Position numbers and translations under genes: made by a program
Virus record (IMG/VR): IMGVR_UViG_3300042477_000769
DNA: 64,000 bases
Source of the DNA: a virus
Lineage: Duplodnaviria; Caudoviricetes
Direction: 5' to 3' (one strand)
Notes under the pieces: model-generated
The model's input: only the letters and a program-made list of their open reading frames with translations
Told to the model about the DNA's origin: nothing
The model's database searches: none
Shown here: piece by piece, positions 50,606-61,319 of the stretch
How positions within the stretch are numbered: position 1 is the stretch's first letter
How the letters are laid out: each line of letters opens with the position of its first letter

Positions 50606-53600
50606 ATGAGTTTTCCAAATACTTTTGATGACGATACAACTATACCTTTTGTCAACGATAATATCGTTGAAATTGGCGGAGAAGCTATTAATGCTTCAAG
50701 AAATGCTATTTTTAATATTGAACAAAATATTGGATTAAATGCTCAAGGCAGCATGCCCACTATTGCTGCCCGTTTAAATGTATCATTACTGCCAGATGGT
50801 AATATTAGACCTTCTGCCATTGCTAGTATGGGTTTAGTTACTTTACCAATTGTAGATAGTCAAATTGCAGATTGGGCTGCCATTCCTGAACGAAAATTAC
50901 AATTAGACCATCGAACACAAGATTTATTTAATTATATTAGAGATTTATCAGGTGATGTTAATACTGCTATTGGTTGGATAAATAGTACGGGCATTAAATT
51001 AGAGCCTCATTTATTAGGGCAAATTTATCGTCATGAATTAAGCCAAATCAATGTGAGTAGCGCTCCAATTAATTTCTTAGATAATAATTTAAGGCTATTA
51101 CGAGATAATAGTGATTCTTATAAGTTAATTAAAGATATAAATAGTGAATTATTAGCTCACCAATGGGCAGACGGTTCACCATTTGGTACTATTAGCAATA
51201 TCATTACTAATGATGGTTCTACTTTTCCCAATAATTTTGCTCATACAGCTGGAGGTATATTTATTAATACTTCTAGATTTGCAACTATTCCGCAAACAGC
51301 GGATGATTTGCAAGCTTTTGCAGAGTTTATTGATAGTACCAGTATTTTCTTATTAGGAACTAGATTACAAAACTTATATTCTAATGGTATTTCTCGAGAA
51401 TCACGATCTACCTCTTTATTAAATGATGGTTATGGTGCTCCGATTATTCCATCGACTCCAGCTATTGCCTTTTTGAAAAATTTAGGAAATAGTAGTAGCC
51501 CAGTTGATGATATTAATAATGGAGATGATATCGTTGAACTATTACCACCAACCAGCGTATTATCCAATAATTCTTTTGATCAAAAATTTGCCCTAGTGCA
51601 AGTGGGTGATATTATTAGGGTAAATTACGGAACTATTGAAGTTGCTTTTGTTATTAAAGAAAAAAAATATATCCAAAATGGTGGTAATAAAAGATTTATT
51701 ATTCGAATTGCTGGTAAAAATATTCAATATGCGCCCAATGCTTCGGTTAGAATTGATAAACCATTAGTTAATATTAATAAATATGGCGTCTTAGCAGTTT
51801 CTGCAGTCAATAGTGGTAATGCTTCTGTTCCGGCTAGTTTAATTACAGTTAATCCTAGAGGCGCGCAAGCATTAGGATTAGGATTTAATCCAGATCAGTT
51901 TGATGCCAGTCATTATATGCTATATTTGGCGTTATTTACTACCGGCTCTCCTAATGATGGGTATATTATTTTACCACCTATCGATGTGACAGGTAATGCA
52001 GGAACGACACCTGGAGCTTATACTTTAAATTCTGTAGTAGAAGCCACTAATAATGCTTTTAGACGTGCTGGGTTTAATTATCGATTTGTCGCCTTTCAAT
52101 ATCAAGGTGAATTTGGAATTGCTTTAGCAGACTCTTATGGTAATGCTGGTTTTTCTATTTTAAATGCAGTCGTAAACAGCAATGGAACATTAAATGAAAC
52201 TGAAACTAACATTGTATTTCCTAATAATGTAGTTAGCATGTTTTCAGATGATGGGACTACTGGGCCCGATCCTTTAGGATTTGGACCGACAGGATCCGCA
52301 GTCGCCAGTCCTCCATATCAAGCTTCTTATCCTTCGGCTGAAGCTGCAGTTTTGCCCACGAAATTATTTTTACCATTAAAAAGAAATAATTATTATGTCA
52401 ATGGTACTGAAAGAGAAAAATTAAACCTAGATATTGACCAAGTACTAGATACTTATGGTGATGGTTATTGGCCCGCTACGATTGTGGCTCAAACAATTAC
52501 TCCAGGGCCATCAGGTTCAGTTAAAACTACTTATCGAGTAGCGTTAGATCTTTCAGCCTCTCAATTAAAAATTGGTAAAACTTTAGTCGTTCAATCTCTA
52601 GATGGAACAGGAACTTCTCCTAATGATTTTGGTAGATTTATTATTGAGAATATTTCCTTAAGTTGTTCCCCTTCTAATTATACTGATATCACGGTCTTAG
52701 ATGCTGTTCATGGATTAGGAACTACTGGGTCTAGCGGATTAGTATTAGGAGTAGGCGGTAAAGTTGCGCTATATTTCTCGCAAGACTCTATTGCTTTAAA
52801 TGCGGAGAGTGCTACTGATTTTTCTGAAGTTTCTCCCTTTAAACGATTTTTTGAAATTTATGTAGATGAAAATGGAAACACTTTCACTCATGAACGAGCT
52901 AGATTTAATAGTGGTGGAATTTCTCCGCTTATTATTAATGATAATATTCCTTTAGTTAATAATTCAGAGTTAATTAAATTAAATTTTGTTAAAGTGTCGC
53001 CTAAATTAACAGGGTATCCATACGGATCCATAAATAAAATAACGTTATTCATGAATTCTTATGATAACGTTACTGGTAATTATGATGGATATTTAGCCGC
53101 TTGGGATGGCAATTTAGCTACGCCAGCAACTCATCGTGGACCTGTAGTTTCAGGAAAAAGAGGATTAGTTTCTAGATTTTACGATGAAACTTATTTAGAT
53201 TATATAGATATAGTTTTTGATTTTAATAGTACGGTGTCTTCATTTGCCGATCAAAAATTAGACATTCAATTATTTCCAAGTTTAGCGCTAAATAGTCAAA
53301 TTATGACTATTGGCTCCTGTCAGTACAATGATGTTAGTAATGTCATTAATTATATTAATGACGATCGACAATTTGGAAATATTTCAGAAAAAGATTTAAC
53401 TACTTCGGCTTTAAATTATATTGCTGCACCTGAAAGATTATTGCATGGCAATGGAGTAATTAAAGGTTTTGAGCTACAAAATATTCCAGGGTTAACTAAT
53501 CCTCGCAGAGGAAATATTTATTTAACAGGTGGAGAACTGTTAGTTAATGGTAAATTCATTCAAAAAAATGATGAAACTGTCATTATTCCAGCAATGCGAG

Positions 53601-56600
53601 AAGTAACTCCTGGAATTAGCTCCACTTTAAAAATAAACTGGTTAGTCTGTATTAATTCTTTAGGAGATTATGAAATCTTACCGTTATTAGATCCAGATCC
53701 TATTTTAAATACGTCTAGCAATACTAATAGAGCTTTTGTTGGGCAAAACTTAGTCAATGGCGGAAGTTATAATTTAAATGGGACTACTTTCTCTAATGTT
53801 ATTAATAATAGAAAAGATTTAACCTTATTATATATTGCTGCCGCCACTTCAGTAGCTATTAATCCGCCTACTGTTAGCTTAGTAGTTCATGATATTAGAA
53901 AATTTGTCAATGATGGCGATACTATCTTACCATTAAAATTAACTTCAGCTAATAGTCAAGGTAATTTTAAAAACATTGTGCCAATTTTTAATTGGATTAA
54001 ATATAATAATGCTTTTAATGGTACCGTTATTGTTAAAGGCGCGAATGTTAATAATGCAACTGTTGCTGCTGCCACAGAATTACATTTTACTAGTGGAAAT
54101 GTTACTATAGATGGTCAAAATAATGCAACTATTACTTTTAATTCTGCCTTAACAGTAGGATCTAATTTAACATTTAAAGATTCGATATTAAATTTAAATG
54201 CTGGCATGTTTATTAAAACAAATGCCACTATTACCAATTTAATATTTGAAGGCTGCACGTTAAACGTTATTTTACCATCTTCTGCACCTAATACTACTGC
54301 GCTATTAGATATTAATAATGGAAGTAATATTAAATTTAAAGATTGTACTTTTAATGTAACTTGGAATAAAAGTTTGCCAGTTCAATCTTATGGATTGGAA
54401 ACTACTTTTCCCTGTTTAATTAGAGCGACTAATACGAGTAATTTTATCGTAGATAATTGTGTGATGTCTGTAGATTATACTACTGCTAGCGTAGGAGTTC
54501 CTCCTGGCGGACATATTGTGCTCATAGATAGTGATGATGCAATTATTAATAACTGTACTTTTAGTGGAAATACTGATAAAACTTTAACTATTAAAAGCTC
54601 TAATAATGTTAAATTTACAAATTGTAGTGTATCATCTACTTATAATCCCGTAGATGATGGATTTGATGCTACTAATTTGGTTAGTTCAGAAAGTGGTTAT
54701 GTTTATTGTAGAATGGATAATCCAGTAGATAACATTTTAATTGATAATATTTCTTTTAATTATGTTCCGGCAGGAGATCCAGCTGCAGATACGGATCTAA
54801 ATATTAGATATCCATTTATTAGTTTTGAATTAGTAGCGTTAAATGCCACTTTAAGCAACTTAACCATTAATAATTGTAAATTTAATCATTTAAATACTGG
54901 AGCAGTAGTTACTGATATTAGACCAGGTATTGCTATTGTCAATACATATTCTGCTTTAGCTGGACCCACATTACCTAATGCCCAACAAGTTAATTTAATT
55001 AATGCTAATATTACTAAGAATATTGGTAATAGAAACCAATCTATTATCATTACTTCTAGACGCGATAGCGCTGGATTAATGAATTATCCTGGATTAGCGG
55101 CTCAAGGATGTAACATTAAAGATAATATTTGCGGAAATATTGGATATTTTATTTCTAGCGCCGTACAAACAGTTAATTTATCTCCCAACTATACTAGTTT
55201 GCCAGATAAATTAACAGGTTTAACTATTGAAAACAATGTCTGTCATTATATTTATAATTGTGACGAAGATGGTTACTCTTTCTTAATGTCTAAATTAGTA
55301 GGCGGCTCTAGTTCTAATCGTTGCGCGTATCCAAGTGGGTATGTAGATATTAATAAAAATAAGGCCAATTGGATTCATGTCGGTTGTGCTTATGAACAAC
55401 AAAGCGGGCTAAATATTACTAATAACGTACTTCAAGCATATTCAGAATCTTATTTAAATATGTTTGGAGCTAATGAAGGTAATTTTTATGGACCAGTCTC
55501 TGGTACTCGTTCTTTTAAGTATGCTATTTTTGTAAGTACTAATAAATATAAGATGAATCCAATACAAAGCCCTTCAGAAGGGAATGATACTTCCATTTTA
55601 ATTTCTGGAAATATTGTTAATCAGGGTTACTGGTATTTATCTAATGGTGTAGTTAACAATTATACTTATACTAATGGCTATATTTTCTGTCAAGGTTCTA
55701 GCACTATTACAGATAATATTTTAAGAGGTGCTGGTGTAGGCAATTTAATTCTAGTTGGTGGTTTACGTAATATTATCAAGGGAAATAAAATTTATCGAGA
55801 TAATATTGATGTTACCTCTTACATTAGATTTGATAATTTTGATACTCCTAATTGGGATAGTAACCCAGACGGAGAGGGTGCTGGTTCTCAAGGCTTAGTA
55901 GTAGATAATTTCTTTGATAAACCAACAATTAATGCTGTCGGAGTAACCGGATCATTTAACGGATTATCTTTTTTTGGAGCGATAAATATTCCTTCTACTG
56001 CGGCACCTGGATGGATTGTAGAAAGAAATAAAAATCAAACAGGAATTGCCATTGTTCCCTGGACTAATGGTCATATATTATATCATACTACAGGTGGATC
56101 TGCTTTTGGACCAGATGGTTATGATGACCTTTATATGAAACCTGCAAATAATAATCCTTCAGGAACTTTTACTGGAGAATATCGCTCTAGAGTTTTAAGA
56201 TTTAGAGATACAGAATCTGTTGGTTTTAGATTATGGGGAGTTCAGGTTAATTTAGAGGCATTTTTACCAAATGGAGTTCGAGTGTTAGAAGTTTCTTCGG
56301 CTATTCGATCTTTTGGCACCCAAGTTGATTATAATCCAGCATCTCCTCCAGCAGCTACTTCTAATTTTTGGATTAATTTAAGTTCACAAGATATGCAAAA
56401 TATCGGAGTAGGAACTTTTTCTTTAGATAATTTTAGCACAGTTTCTGATAACGATGATGGTGTATTTGAAATTAATAACACTGTCTTTTCTAATGTTACA
56501 GGCGGAGATTTTAATTCTAGTAGCTTAGCTCTTCCTTTTGAAATTGACTTAACTAACTATAATGGAAATGATATTTCTAATAGATACATTACTGGCCGAG

Positions 56601-56704
56601 GAATTGGTATAACTTTATCTTTAGATGCTAGATGGGCAAGAGATTCTATTTTTTTTGGTACTGAGTTCTTAATTTCTCCAGTACTTGTTACATATCGATG
56701 GTAA
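50606..56704 (+). CDS. Very large virion protein with a C-terminal parallel beta-helix (spike/appendage, possibly depolymerase-like)
   Basis: N-terminal FP..FDDD...EAINASRNAIFNIEQNIG anchor-type motif; repeated I.NC.F, I.NN and I..N Asn-ladder motifs in the last third. Confidence 0.6.
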   Translation: MSFPNTFDDDTTIPFVNDNIVEIGGEAINASRNAIFNIEQNIGLNAQGSMPTIAARLNVSLLPDGNIRPSAIASMGLVTLPIVDSQIADWAAIPERKLQLDHRTQDLFNYIRDLSGDVNTAIGWINSTGIKLEPHLLGQIYRHELSQINVSSAPINFLDNNLRLLRDNSDSYKLIKDINSELLAHQWADGSPFGTISNIITNDGSTFPNNFAHTAGGIFINTSRFATIPQTADDLQAFAEFIDSTSIFLLGTRLQNLYSNGISRESRSTSLLNDGYGAPIIPSTPAIAFLKNLGNSSSPVDDINNGDDIVELLPPTSVLSNNSFDQKFALVQVGDIIRVNYGTIEVAFVIKEKKYIQNGGNKRFIIRIAGKNIQYAPNASVRIDKPLVNINKYGVLAVSAVNSGNASVPASLITVNPRGAQALGLGFNPDQFDASHYMLYLALFTTGSPNDGYIILPPIDVTGNAGTTPGAYTLNSVVEATNNAFRRAGFNYRFVAFQYQGEFGIALADSYGNAGFSILNAVVNSNGTLNETETNIVFPNNVVSMFSDDGTTGPDPLGFGPTGSAVASPPYQASYPSAEAAVLPTKLFLPLKRNNYYVNGTEREKLNLDIDQVLDTYGDGYWPATIVAQTITPGPSGSVKTTYRVALDLSASQLKIGKTLVVQSLDGTGTSPNDFGRFIIENISLSCSPSNYTDITVLDAVHGLGTTGSSGLVLGVGGKVALYFSQDSIALNAESATDFSEVSPFKRFFEIYVDENGNTFTHERARFNSGGISPLIINDNIPLVNNSELIKLNFVKVSPKLTGYPYGSINKITLFMNSYDNVTGNYDGYLAAWDGNLATPATHRGPVVSGKRGLVSRFYDETYLDYIDIVFDFNSTVSSFADQKLDIQLFPSLALNSQIMTIGSCQYNDVSNVINYINDDRQFGNISEKDLTTSALNYIAAPERLLHGNGVIKGFELQNIPGLTNPRRGNIYLTGGELLVNGKFIQKNDETVIIPAMREVTPGISSTLKINWLVCINSLGDYEILPLLDPDPILNTSSNTNRAFVGQNLVNGGSYNLNGTTFSNVINNRKDLTLLYIAAATSVAINPPTVSLVVHDIRKFVNDGDTILPLKLTSANSQGNFKNIVPIFNWIKYNNAFNGTVIVKGANVNNATVAAATELHFTSGNVTIDGQNNATITFNSALTVGSNLTFKDSILNLNAGMFIKTNATITNLIFEGCTLNVILPSSAPNTTALLDINNGSNIKFKDCTFNVTWNKSLPVQSYGLETTFPCLIRATNTSNFIVDNCVMSVDYTTASVGVPPGGHIVLIDSDDAIINNCTFSGNTDKTLTIKSSNNVKFTNCSVSSTYNPVDDGFDATNLVSSESGYVYCRMDNPVDNILIDNISFNYVPAGDPAADTDLNIRYPFISFELVALNATLSNLTINNCKFNHLNTGAVVTDIRPGIAIVNTYSALAGPTLPNAQQVNLINANITKNIGNRNQSIIITSRRDSAGLMNYPGLAAQGCNIKDNICGNIGYFISSAVQTVNLSPNYTSLPDKLTGLTIENNVCHYIYNCDEDGYSFLMSKLVGGSSSNRCAYPSGYVDINKNKANWIHVGCAYEQQSGLNITNNVLQAYSESYLNMFGANEGNFYGPVSGTRSFKYAIFVSTNKYKMNPIQSPSEGNDTSILISGNIVNQGYWYLSNGVVNNYTYTNGYIFCQGSSTITDNILRGAGVGNLILVGGLRNIIKGNKIYRDNIDVTSYIRFDNFDTPNWDSNPDGEGAGSQGLVVDNFFDKPTINAVGVTGSFNGLSFFGAINIPSTAAPGWIVERNKNQTGIAIVPWTNGHILYHTTGGSAFGPDGYDDLYMKPANNNPSGTFTGEYRSRVLRFRDTESVGFRLWGVQVNLEAFLPNGVRVLEVSSAIRSFGTQVDYNPASPPAATSNFWINLSSQDMQNIGVGTFSLDNFSTVSDNDDGVFEINNTVFSNVTGGDFNSSSLALPFEIDLTNYNGNDISNRYITGRGIGITLSLDARWARDSIFFGTEFLISPVLVTYRW

Positions 56705-56707
56705 TCT

Positions 56708-57529
56708 ATGGGCGCAAATAATTTCTTTAAAAGCAATTTAATGTCTTTACATAACGTGGTACAAGCCTCCATGTTAGTGTATCCTAAAGAAGTTATTATT
56801 GCTACGTTAAGAGATTATTTCTCTAAAGATGATTATTATCATTATGCCAAAGATCAATGGGGTTTTGCTAACACTATCGATCATACTGATTTACCTCCAG
56901 GGGCCGATATTCCAACCTCTCATAATCAATATGGAGCCAATGAAGAGGGATTAAGCACTCGGGTGTTTATTGGAGAAAATTATCGATATAATGGAATTTA
57001 TTATCCAGCTATTTTAGTCAAAAGCGGCGGCAGTACTTATGTGCCTATCTCTATTAATAGAGAACAGGAAGCTGTACAATATGAAGATATTGTATATGAA
57101 GATGGATATGGTAATCAAACTGTAGTTTCTAAACCTAAAGCTTTTGTGACAGCTGGTGCCTGGGAAGGCAGTATTATTATTGATATTTTATCTAGAAGCT
57201 TGCGAGCAAGAGATGATTTATCAGAAGCTATTGCTATGTGTTTTACTGAATTTTATTTTGATAGTTTATATGATATTGGAATTATTGTAAAACCTCCAAT
57301 TATTGGAGGCGCCAGCGAAACTGATGATAGAAATGATAAGCTTTTTCGCCAAAGTATTACGTTAAATGTTAGAACTGAATGGCGAAGAGAGATTCCAGTA
57401 GGCAATTTAATTGATACTATCTTTTTTACCGTTATTTTTGAAGATATTAGCAAGCCCGCTAATCCAGTACCTGCTAATTTAACTATTAATACCGAAGTTA
57501 GTTTAACTGATTTGTTAATCAATCTATGA
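56708..57529 (+). CDS. Putative tail terminator/tail completion protein
   Basis: YPAILVK, GSIIIDILSRSLRARDDLSE, LFRQSITLNVRTEW; lies just before the sheath gene. Confidence 0.55.
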   Translation: MGANNFFKSNLMSLHNVVQASMLVYPKEVIIATLRDYFSKDDYYHYAKDQWGFANTIDHTDLPPGADIPTSHNQYGANEEGLSTRVFIGENYRYNGIYYPAILVKSGGSTYVPISINREQEAVQYEDIVYEDGYGNQTVVSKPKAFVTAGAWEGSIIIDILSRSLRARDDLSEAIAMCFTEFYFDSLYDIGIIVKPPIIGGASETDDRNDKLFRQSITLNVRTEWRREIPVGNLIDTIFFTVIFEDISKPANPVPANLTINTEVSLTDLLINL

Positions 57530-58203
57530 AAATTTGCACCAAATGCCAGATAGAAAAATCTTTATCTGATTTTGGATTAAGAAAAAGAAAGTTAAAGTCA
57601 GGAATTAAAGAATATTATTCTATTTACTGCAAAACTTGCATTAACCAAACGGCTAAAAATTTTAGAAAACTTCATCCTTATCAAACAAGCGAATCTATCA
57701 AACTATCTAAACAAAAATGGGAAGAAAATAATAAAGAAGCTAGAAAACAATATCAAAAAAACTATTATCTTCTTCACAAGGAAGATTTTCAAAAACGCGC
57801 TAATAATCAACAATATAAAGAAAACAAACGCAAATATCATCAACAAAGACGACAAGATCCAATTTTTAGAATAAAAGAGAATATTTCTAATGCTATTTAC
57901 AAGGCATTAGTGAAAGGTAAAACATCTAAAGCTGGAAATAGTATCCTTCAGTTTTTAGGATATTCTATCCAGGATTTAAAAAGTCATTTAGAAAGTTTGT
58001 TTACTGATAATTTTAATTGGGATAATTATGGCGTTGTTTGGCATATTGATCATATTATTCCACATAGTAATTTTTCTTATCTGTCGATGACAGATCCATC
58101 TTTTACGCAATGTTGGGCCTTAGCAAATTTAAGACCGTTAGCTGCCGCTCAAAATATGAGAGATGGAAGTACTCGAGTCAGACATTTAAAGAAGAATATA
58201 TGA
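57526..58203 (+). CDS. HNH homing endonuclease-like protein (DHIIP family)
   Basis: KICTKC; HLESLF..FNWDNYG..WHIDHIIP...NLRPLAAAQN. Confidence 0.8.
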   Translation: MKICTKCQIEKSLSDFGLRKRKLKSGIKEYYSIYCKTCINQTAKNFRKLHPYQTSESIKLSKQKWEENNKEARKQYQKNYYLLHKEDFQKRANNQQYKENKRKYHQQRRQDPIFRIKENISNAIYKALVKGKTSKAGNSILQFLGYSIQDLKSHLESLFTDNFNWDNYGVVWHIDHIIPHSNFSYLSMTDPSFTQCWALANLRPLAAAQNMRDGSTRVRHLKKNI

Positions 58204-58249
58204 ATAATACTATATAACAATGAATATTTACTTTTAATGGAGTTTCATA

Positions 58250-61200
58250 ATGGCTAACATTCCAGGCGCAACAAATGTCCTACCCGGAGTTTTTACAGAC
58301 GTAATTACTCAATCCCGTGGCGTCTCCGTTCCTGGTGGTTCTCGTATAACTGCTATGATTGGAGAGGGCTCAACAGATGAGACTTTAGTATCACAAGCGG
58401 TAGGTGGTGGGCAAGACGGCCTTAACCCTAGCTATACTGGAACAACTGGTAGAGATGGTAGACACTTTCAATTATCAAGTTTTCCATTAATTTCTAATCG
58501 TACTACTTTATTTAAAAATGGAATTCCATTAAGAGGTTTAGAATCAACTATTGATACTAATCCATTTAGCAATTCTTTTGATTACCGAATTGATATTACT
58601 ACTGGCCAAATAGAATTGCAACGCGCTCATTTAGTTGACCAAGGTGGTTCTTTATGGACCGCCCTTTCTACCAATGTGGGGTTAGGATCAGTTAATAATT
58701 TAACTTTAGTAGATCCTAATGCACAACCAGAAAACTGGACGATTCGTTGTATCAAAGTTCAACGTGATGCGTTAAATAATCCGATTGGTGGAACCGCCTC
58801 TTTCTTAGCTTTTGGCTCTATTTCGGGAGCAAAATTAGATGCTAACGGCAATCCTATTGTTTGGATTGCTAATAATAATGTAGTGAGCAATGGTGTGATT
58901 AGCTTCTCTATTTCGGAAACTATGGTAGGACCCAATGCAGTATCTCCTTTTAGAGAGGGAGATGGATTCTTAGTAGTGGTAGATAGTGGTGTGTTAGTTA
59001 GAAATGATTCCTTAACAGCTAATTATATTGCTACGGCCAATCTAAATGATCCTATTTTATTGCAAGGTTTAGGTGATGTAGTTACCCGTCATGGATTACC
59101 CAGTTTAACTAATAATTTATCGTTAGGCGCCCAATTAGCTTTTGCGAATAATGCTCCGGCGTTATTAACAGTGCAAGCAGCACCGGCTCTACCACGTAGA
59201 ACTTCTTACGTTTTAGATCAATCAGTAAATGCTTTATCTCCAGACCAAGATGATTTTATTTTCCCATTACCAGTAGGCGTAGTTCCAGATTTTAATTCAG
59301 AAATTCATTTCTTTGTTAAAAACAACGCTACCAATGTCGAAACGCAATTATTGCCTAATAAGTTAACTTATTATACCTTAGATACGGCAGGCAATCCTAC
59401 TACTAGCTCCTTTATTTTTGACAATACTCCTGCCCCTGGCGGATATTCATATTTCTATACCGTCAAAGAAGGCTTAGAAGCGATGAGCTTTGGAGAAGAT
59501 GGTTATATTGGTCGCAATTTAGCTTTCTTTAATCAAGGTGAGTTTAGCTCTGCCTCTCAAGTCTTTGATGCGAGCTATGTAGGTAAAGCTTTAAAGATTA
59601 TTGATTCAGTTAACTCTGCCAATATTGGGGTGTTCCGAGTTACCGCTGTTAATAATGGTAAATTATATGTGGTAGCAGATGGTAATACCTTCCCGCCATC
59701 TACTTTAACTGCCAGCCCCACTTTCTTGTCTGATTTTGTTAATGAATCAAGCGTAGGTTTTAAAGTAATTAATCCTGTTACTGGATTAGAAGTAGTAGGC
59801 GGTTCTGGTACAAATGGAGTTATTGTTACCTCTGGAGCTTCTACAGGTACTGCTACTTTACGTAGTACCACTGTAGCCTTTACTGCTATTAGCGGTATTA
59901 CTAATTATCGATTACAGATAAACGGATCTACTATTTCTACAGATGCATTACCAGTAGGTAATGATGGTCTGTATGATATTACGTCAGCCGCTACATTTAG
60001 CATTAATGCTGCCACTAATGCTAGCCCCATTGCTATTACTACTACTGCAAATCATAATTTAACAACAGGTAAAACGGTAACTATTACTGGTGTAGTAGGT
60101 AATACGGCAGCTAATGGTACCTTTGTCATTACTGTTACTGGGTTGAATTCATTTACTCTGAACGGTTCAACAGGTAATGGTGCCTATACTAGCGGTGGAA
60201 CAGTATTCCCACACGTAATTACTATTAAAAAAGCCATTGTTAATGAAAATAATCTAGAGTTTATTGTTCAAGATCCTAGCGCTAATAGTAATTATATTGT
60301 GTTAAATAAAAATATCGTTCCCAATGGTAATGGTTTACGCGTTACTATTGTCGACGCTAGAGATGCAACTTTCTTTGATGCGGGCTGGATTAATGCCTTA
60401 GAATCATTAGAAGCAGTAGAGTGCGATATTTTGGTACCTTTACCAAAACAAACTATTTCTATCATCTTCCAAAATGCCTTAAGTCATTGTTTAGCTATGA
60501 GTAATATTCGTAACAAAAAAGAACGAGTCTTATTTATCGGAGCTATTAATGGATTAACCCCAGATAATTTAACGGGAGCACAATCTGCCGCCGTAGAAGA
60601 TATCGGCATCTTAGAAGGTATTCAAGGAGAAACTGTCACTGATATTTTGTCAGGTAATATTGAAGACTTAGCTAATTATTCAGTACCTAATGCTTTCGGT
60701 AATACCTTCCGAGCAGTTTATTTCTATCCAGACCAAATTGTGGTCCAAGCCGGAACAGAAAATGTCTTAATTGATGGTTTCTATTTAGCTGCCGCTGCTG
60801 CTGGATATGAATCGGCCGATGTAAGATTGGAAAATCCATTAACTAATAAAGTTTTAAGCGGATTTACCATCTTAAGAAATAAACAATTCTCTCCACAAAC
60901 ATTAGAAGCTTTAGCTACTGCCGGTGTTACTACTTTACAACCTGTGGCTGGTGGTGGTCGAGTAGTTTGGGGTATCACCACGACTCAAAGTGGCTTCCCT
61001 GAAGAGCAAGAAATCTCTATCGTCTTTATTAGAGACCGAGTAGCTAAGACTTTAAGAGCAGGATTCCAAGGATTTATTGGATTAGCAGAGACTCCAAATA
61101 CTGGAGCTATCTTAAATACTCGTGGAGTAATCTTACTCAACTCGTTAGTGTCACAAGGATTAATTACTCAATATAAGGACTTATCGGTGCAGAGAGACGA

Positions 61201-61294
61201 GGTTGATCCGCGTCAGTGGAATATCTCGGTTAGAGTACAACCGACATATCCCGTTAACTTCATCTACATCCGCGTCAGCCTCGGTCAACTATAA
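58250..61294 (+). CDS. Contractile tail sheath protein with several inserted domains
   Basis: N-terminal PGVFT; C-terminal PLTNK..GF, EALATAGVTTL..GGGRVVWGITT, EISIVFIRD..A and V.VQPTYPVNFI are sheath signatures. Confidence 0.9.
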   Translation: MANIPGATNVLPGVFTDVITQSRGVSVPGGSRITAMIGEGSTDETLVSQAVGGGQDGLNPSYTGTTGRDGRHFQLSSFPLISNRTTLFKNGIPLRGLESTIDTNPFSNSFDYRIDITTGQIELQRAHLVDQGGSLWTALSTNVGLGSVNNLTLVDPNAQPENWTIRCIKVQRDALNNPIGGTASFLAFGSISGAKLDANGNPIVWIANNNVVSNGVISFSISETMVGPNAVSPFREGDGFLVVVDSGVLVRNDSLTANYIATANLNDPILLQGLGDVVTRHGLPSLTNNLSLGAQLAFANNAPALLTVQAAPALPRRTSYVLDQSVNALSPDQDDFIFPLPVGVVPDFNSEIHFFVKNNATNVETQLLPNKLTYYTLDTAGNPTTSSFIFDNTPAPGGYSYFYTVKEGLEAMSFGEDGYIGRNLAFFNQGEFSSASQVFDASYVGKALKIIDSVNSANIGVFRVTAVNNGKLYVVADGNTFPPSTLTASPTFLSDFVNESSVGFKVINPVTGLEVVGGSGTNGVIVTSGASTGTATLRSTTVAFTAISGITNYRLQINGSTISTDALPVGNDGLYDITSAATFSINAATNASPIAITTTANHNLTTGKTVTITGVVGNTAANGTFVITVTGLNSFTLNGSTGNGAYTSGGTVFPHVITIKKAIVNENNLEFIVQDPSANSNYIVLNKNIVPNGNGLRVTIVDARDATFFDAGWINALESLEAVECDILVPLPKQTISIIFQNALSHCLAMSNIRNKKERVLFIGAINGLTPDNLTGAQSAAVEDIGILEGIQGETVTDILSGNIEDLANYSVPNAFGNTFRAVYFYPDQIVVQAGTENVLIDGFYLAAAAAGYESADVRLENPLTNKVLSGFTILRNKQFSPQTLEALATAGVTTLQPVAGGGRVVWGITTTQSGFPEEQEISIVFIRDRVAKTLRAGFQGFIGLAETPNTGAILNTRGVILLNSLVSQGLITQYKDLSVQRDEVDPRQWNISVRVQPTYPVNFIYIRVSLGQL

Positions 61295-61319
61295 TCCTCT
61301 CAGATATAGTTGGTAGAGA

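Noticed and set aside
2344-60981. Short antisense ORFs in the track (for example 2344, 4153, 6511, 7638, 8022, 10236, 11849, 14966-15747, 17183, 49705, 59575, 60781)
   Set aside because: They lie fully opposite longer, well-supported genes and show no recognisable motifs or RBS.
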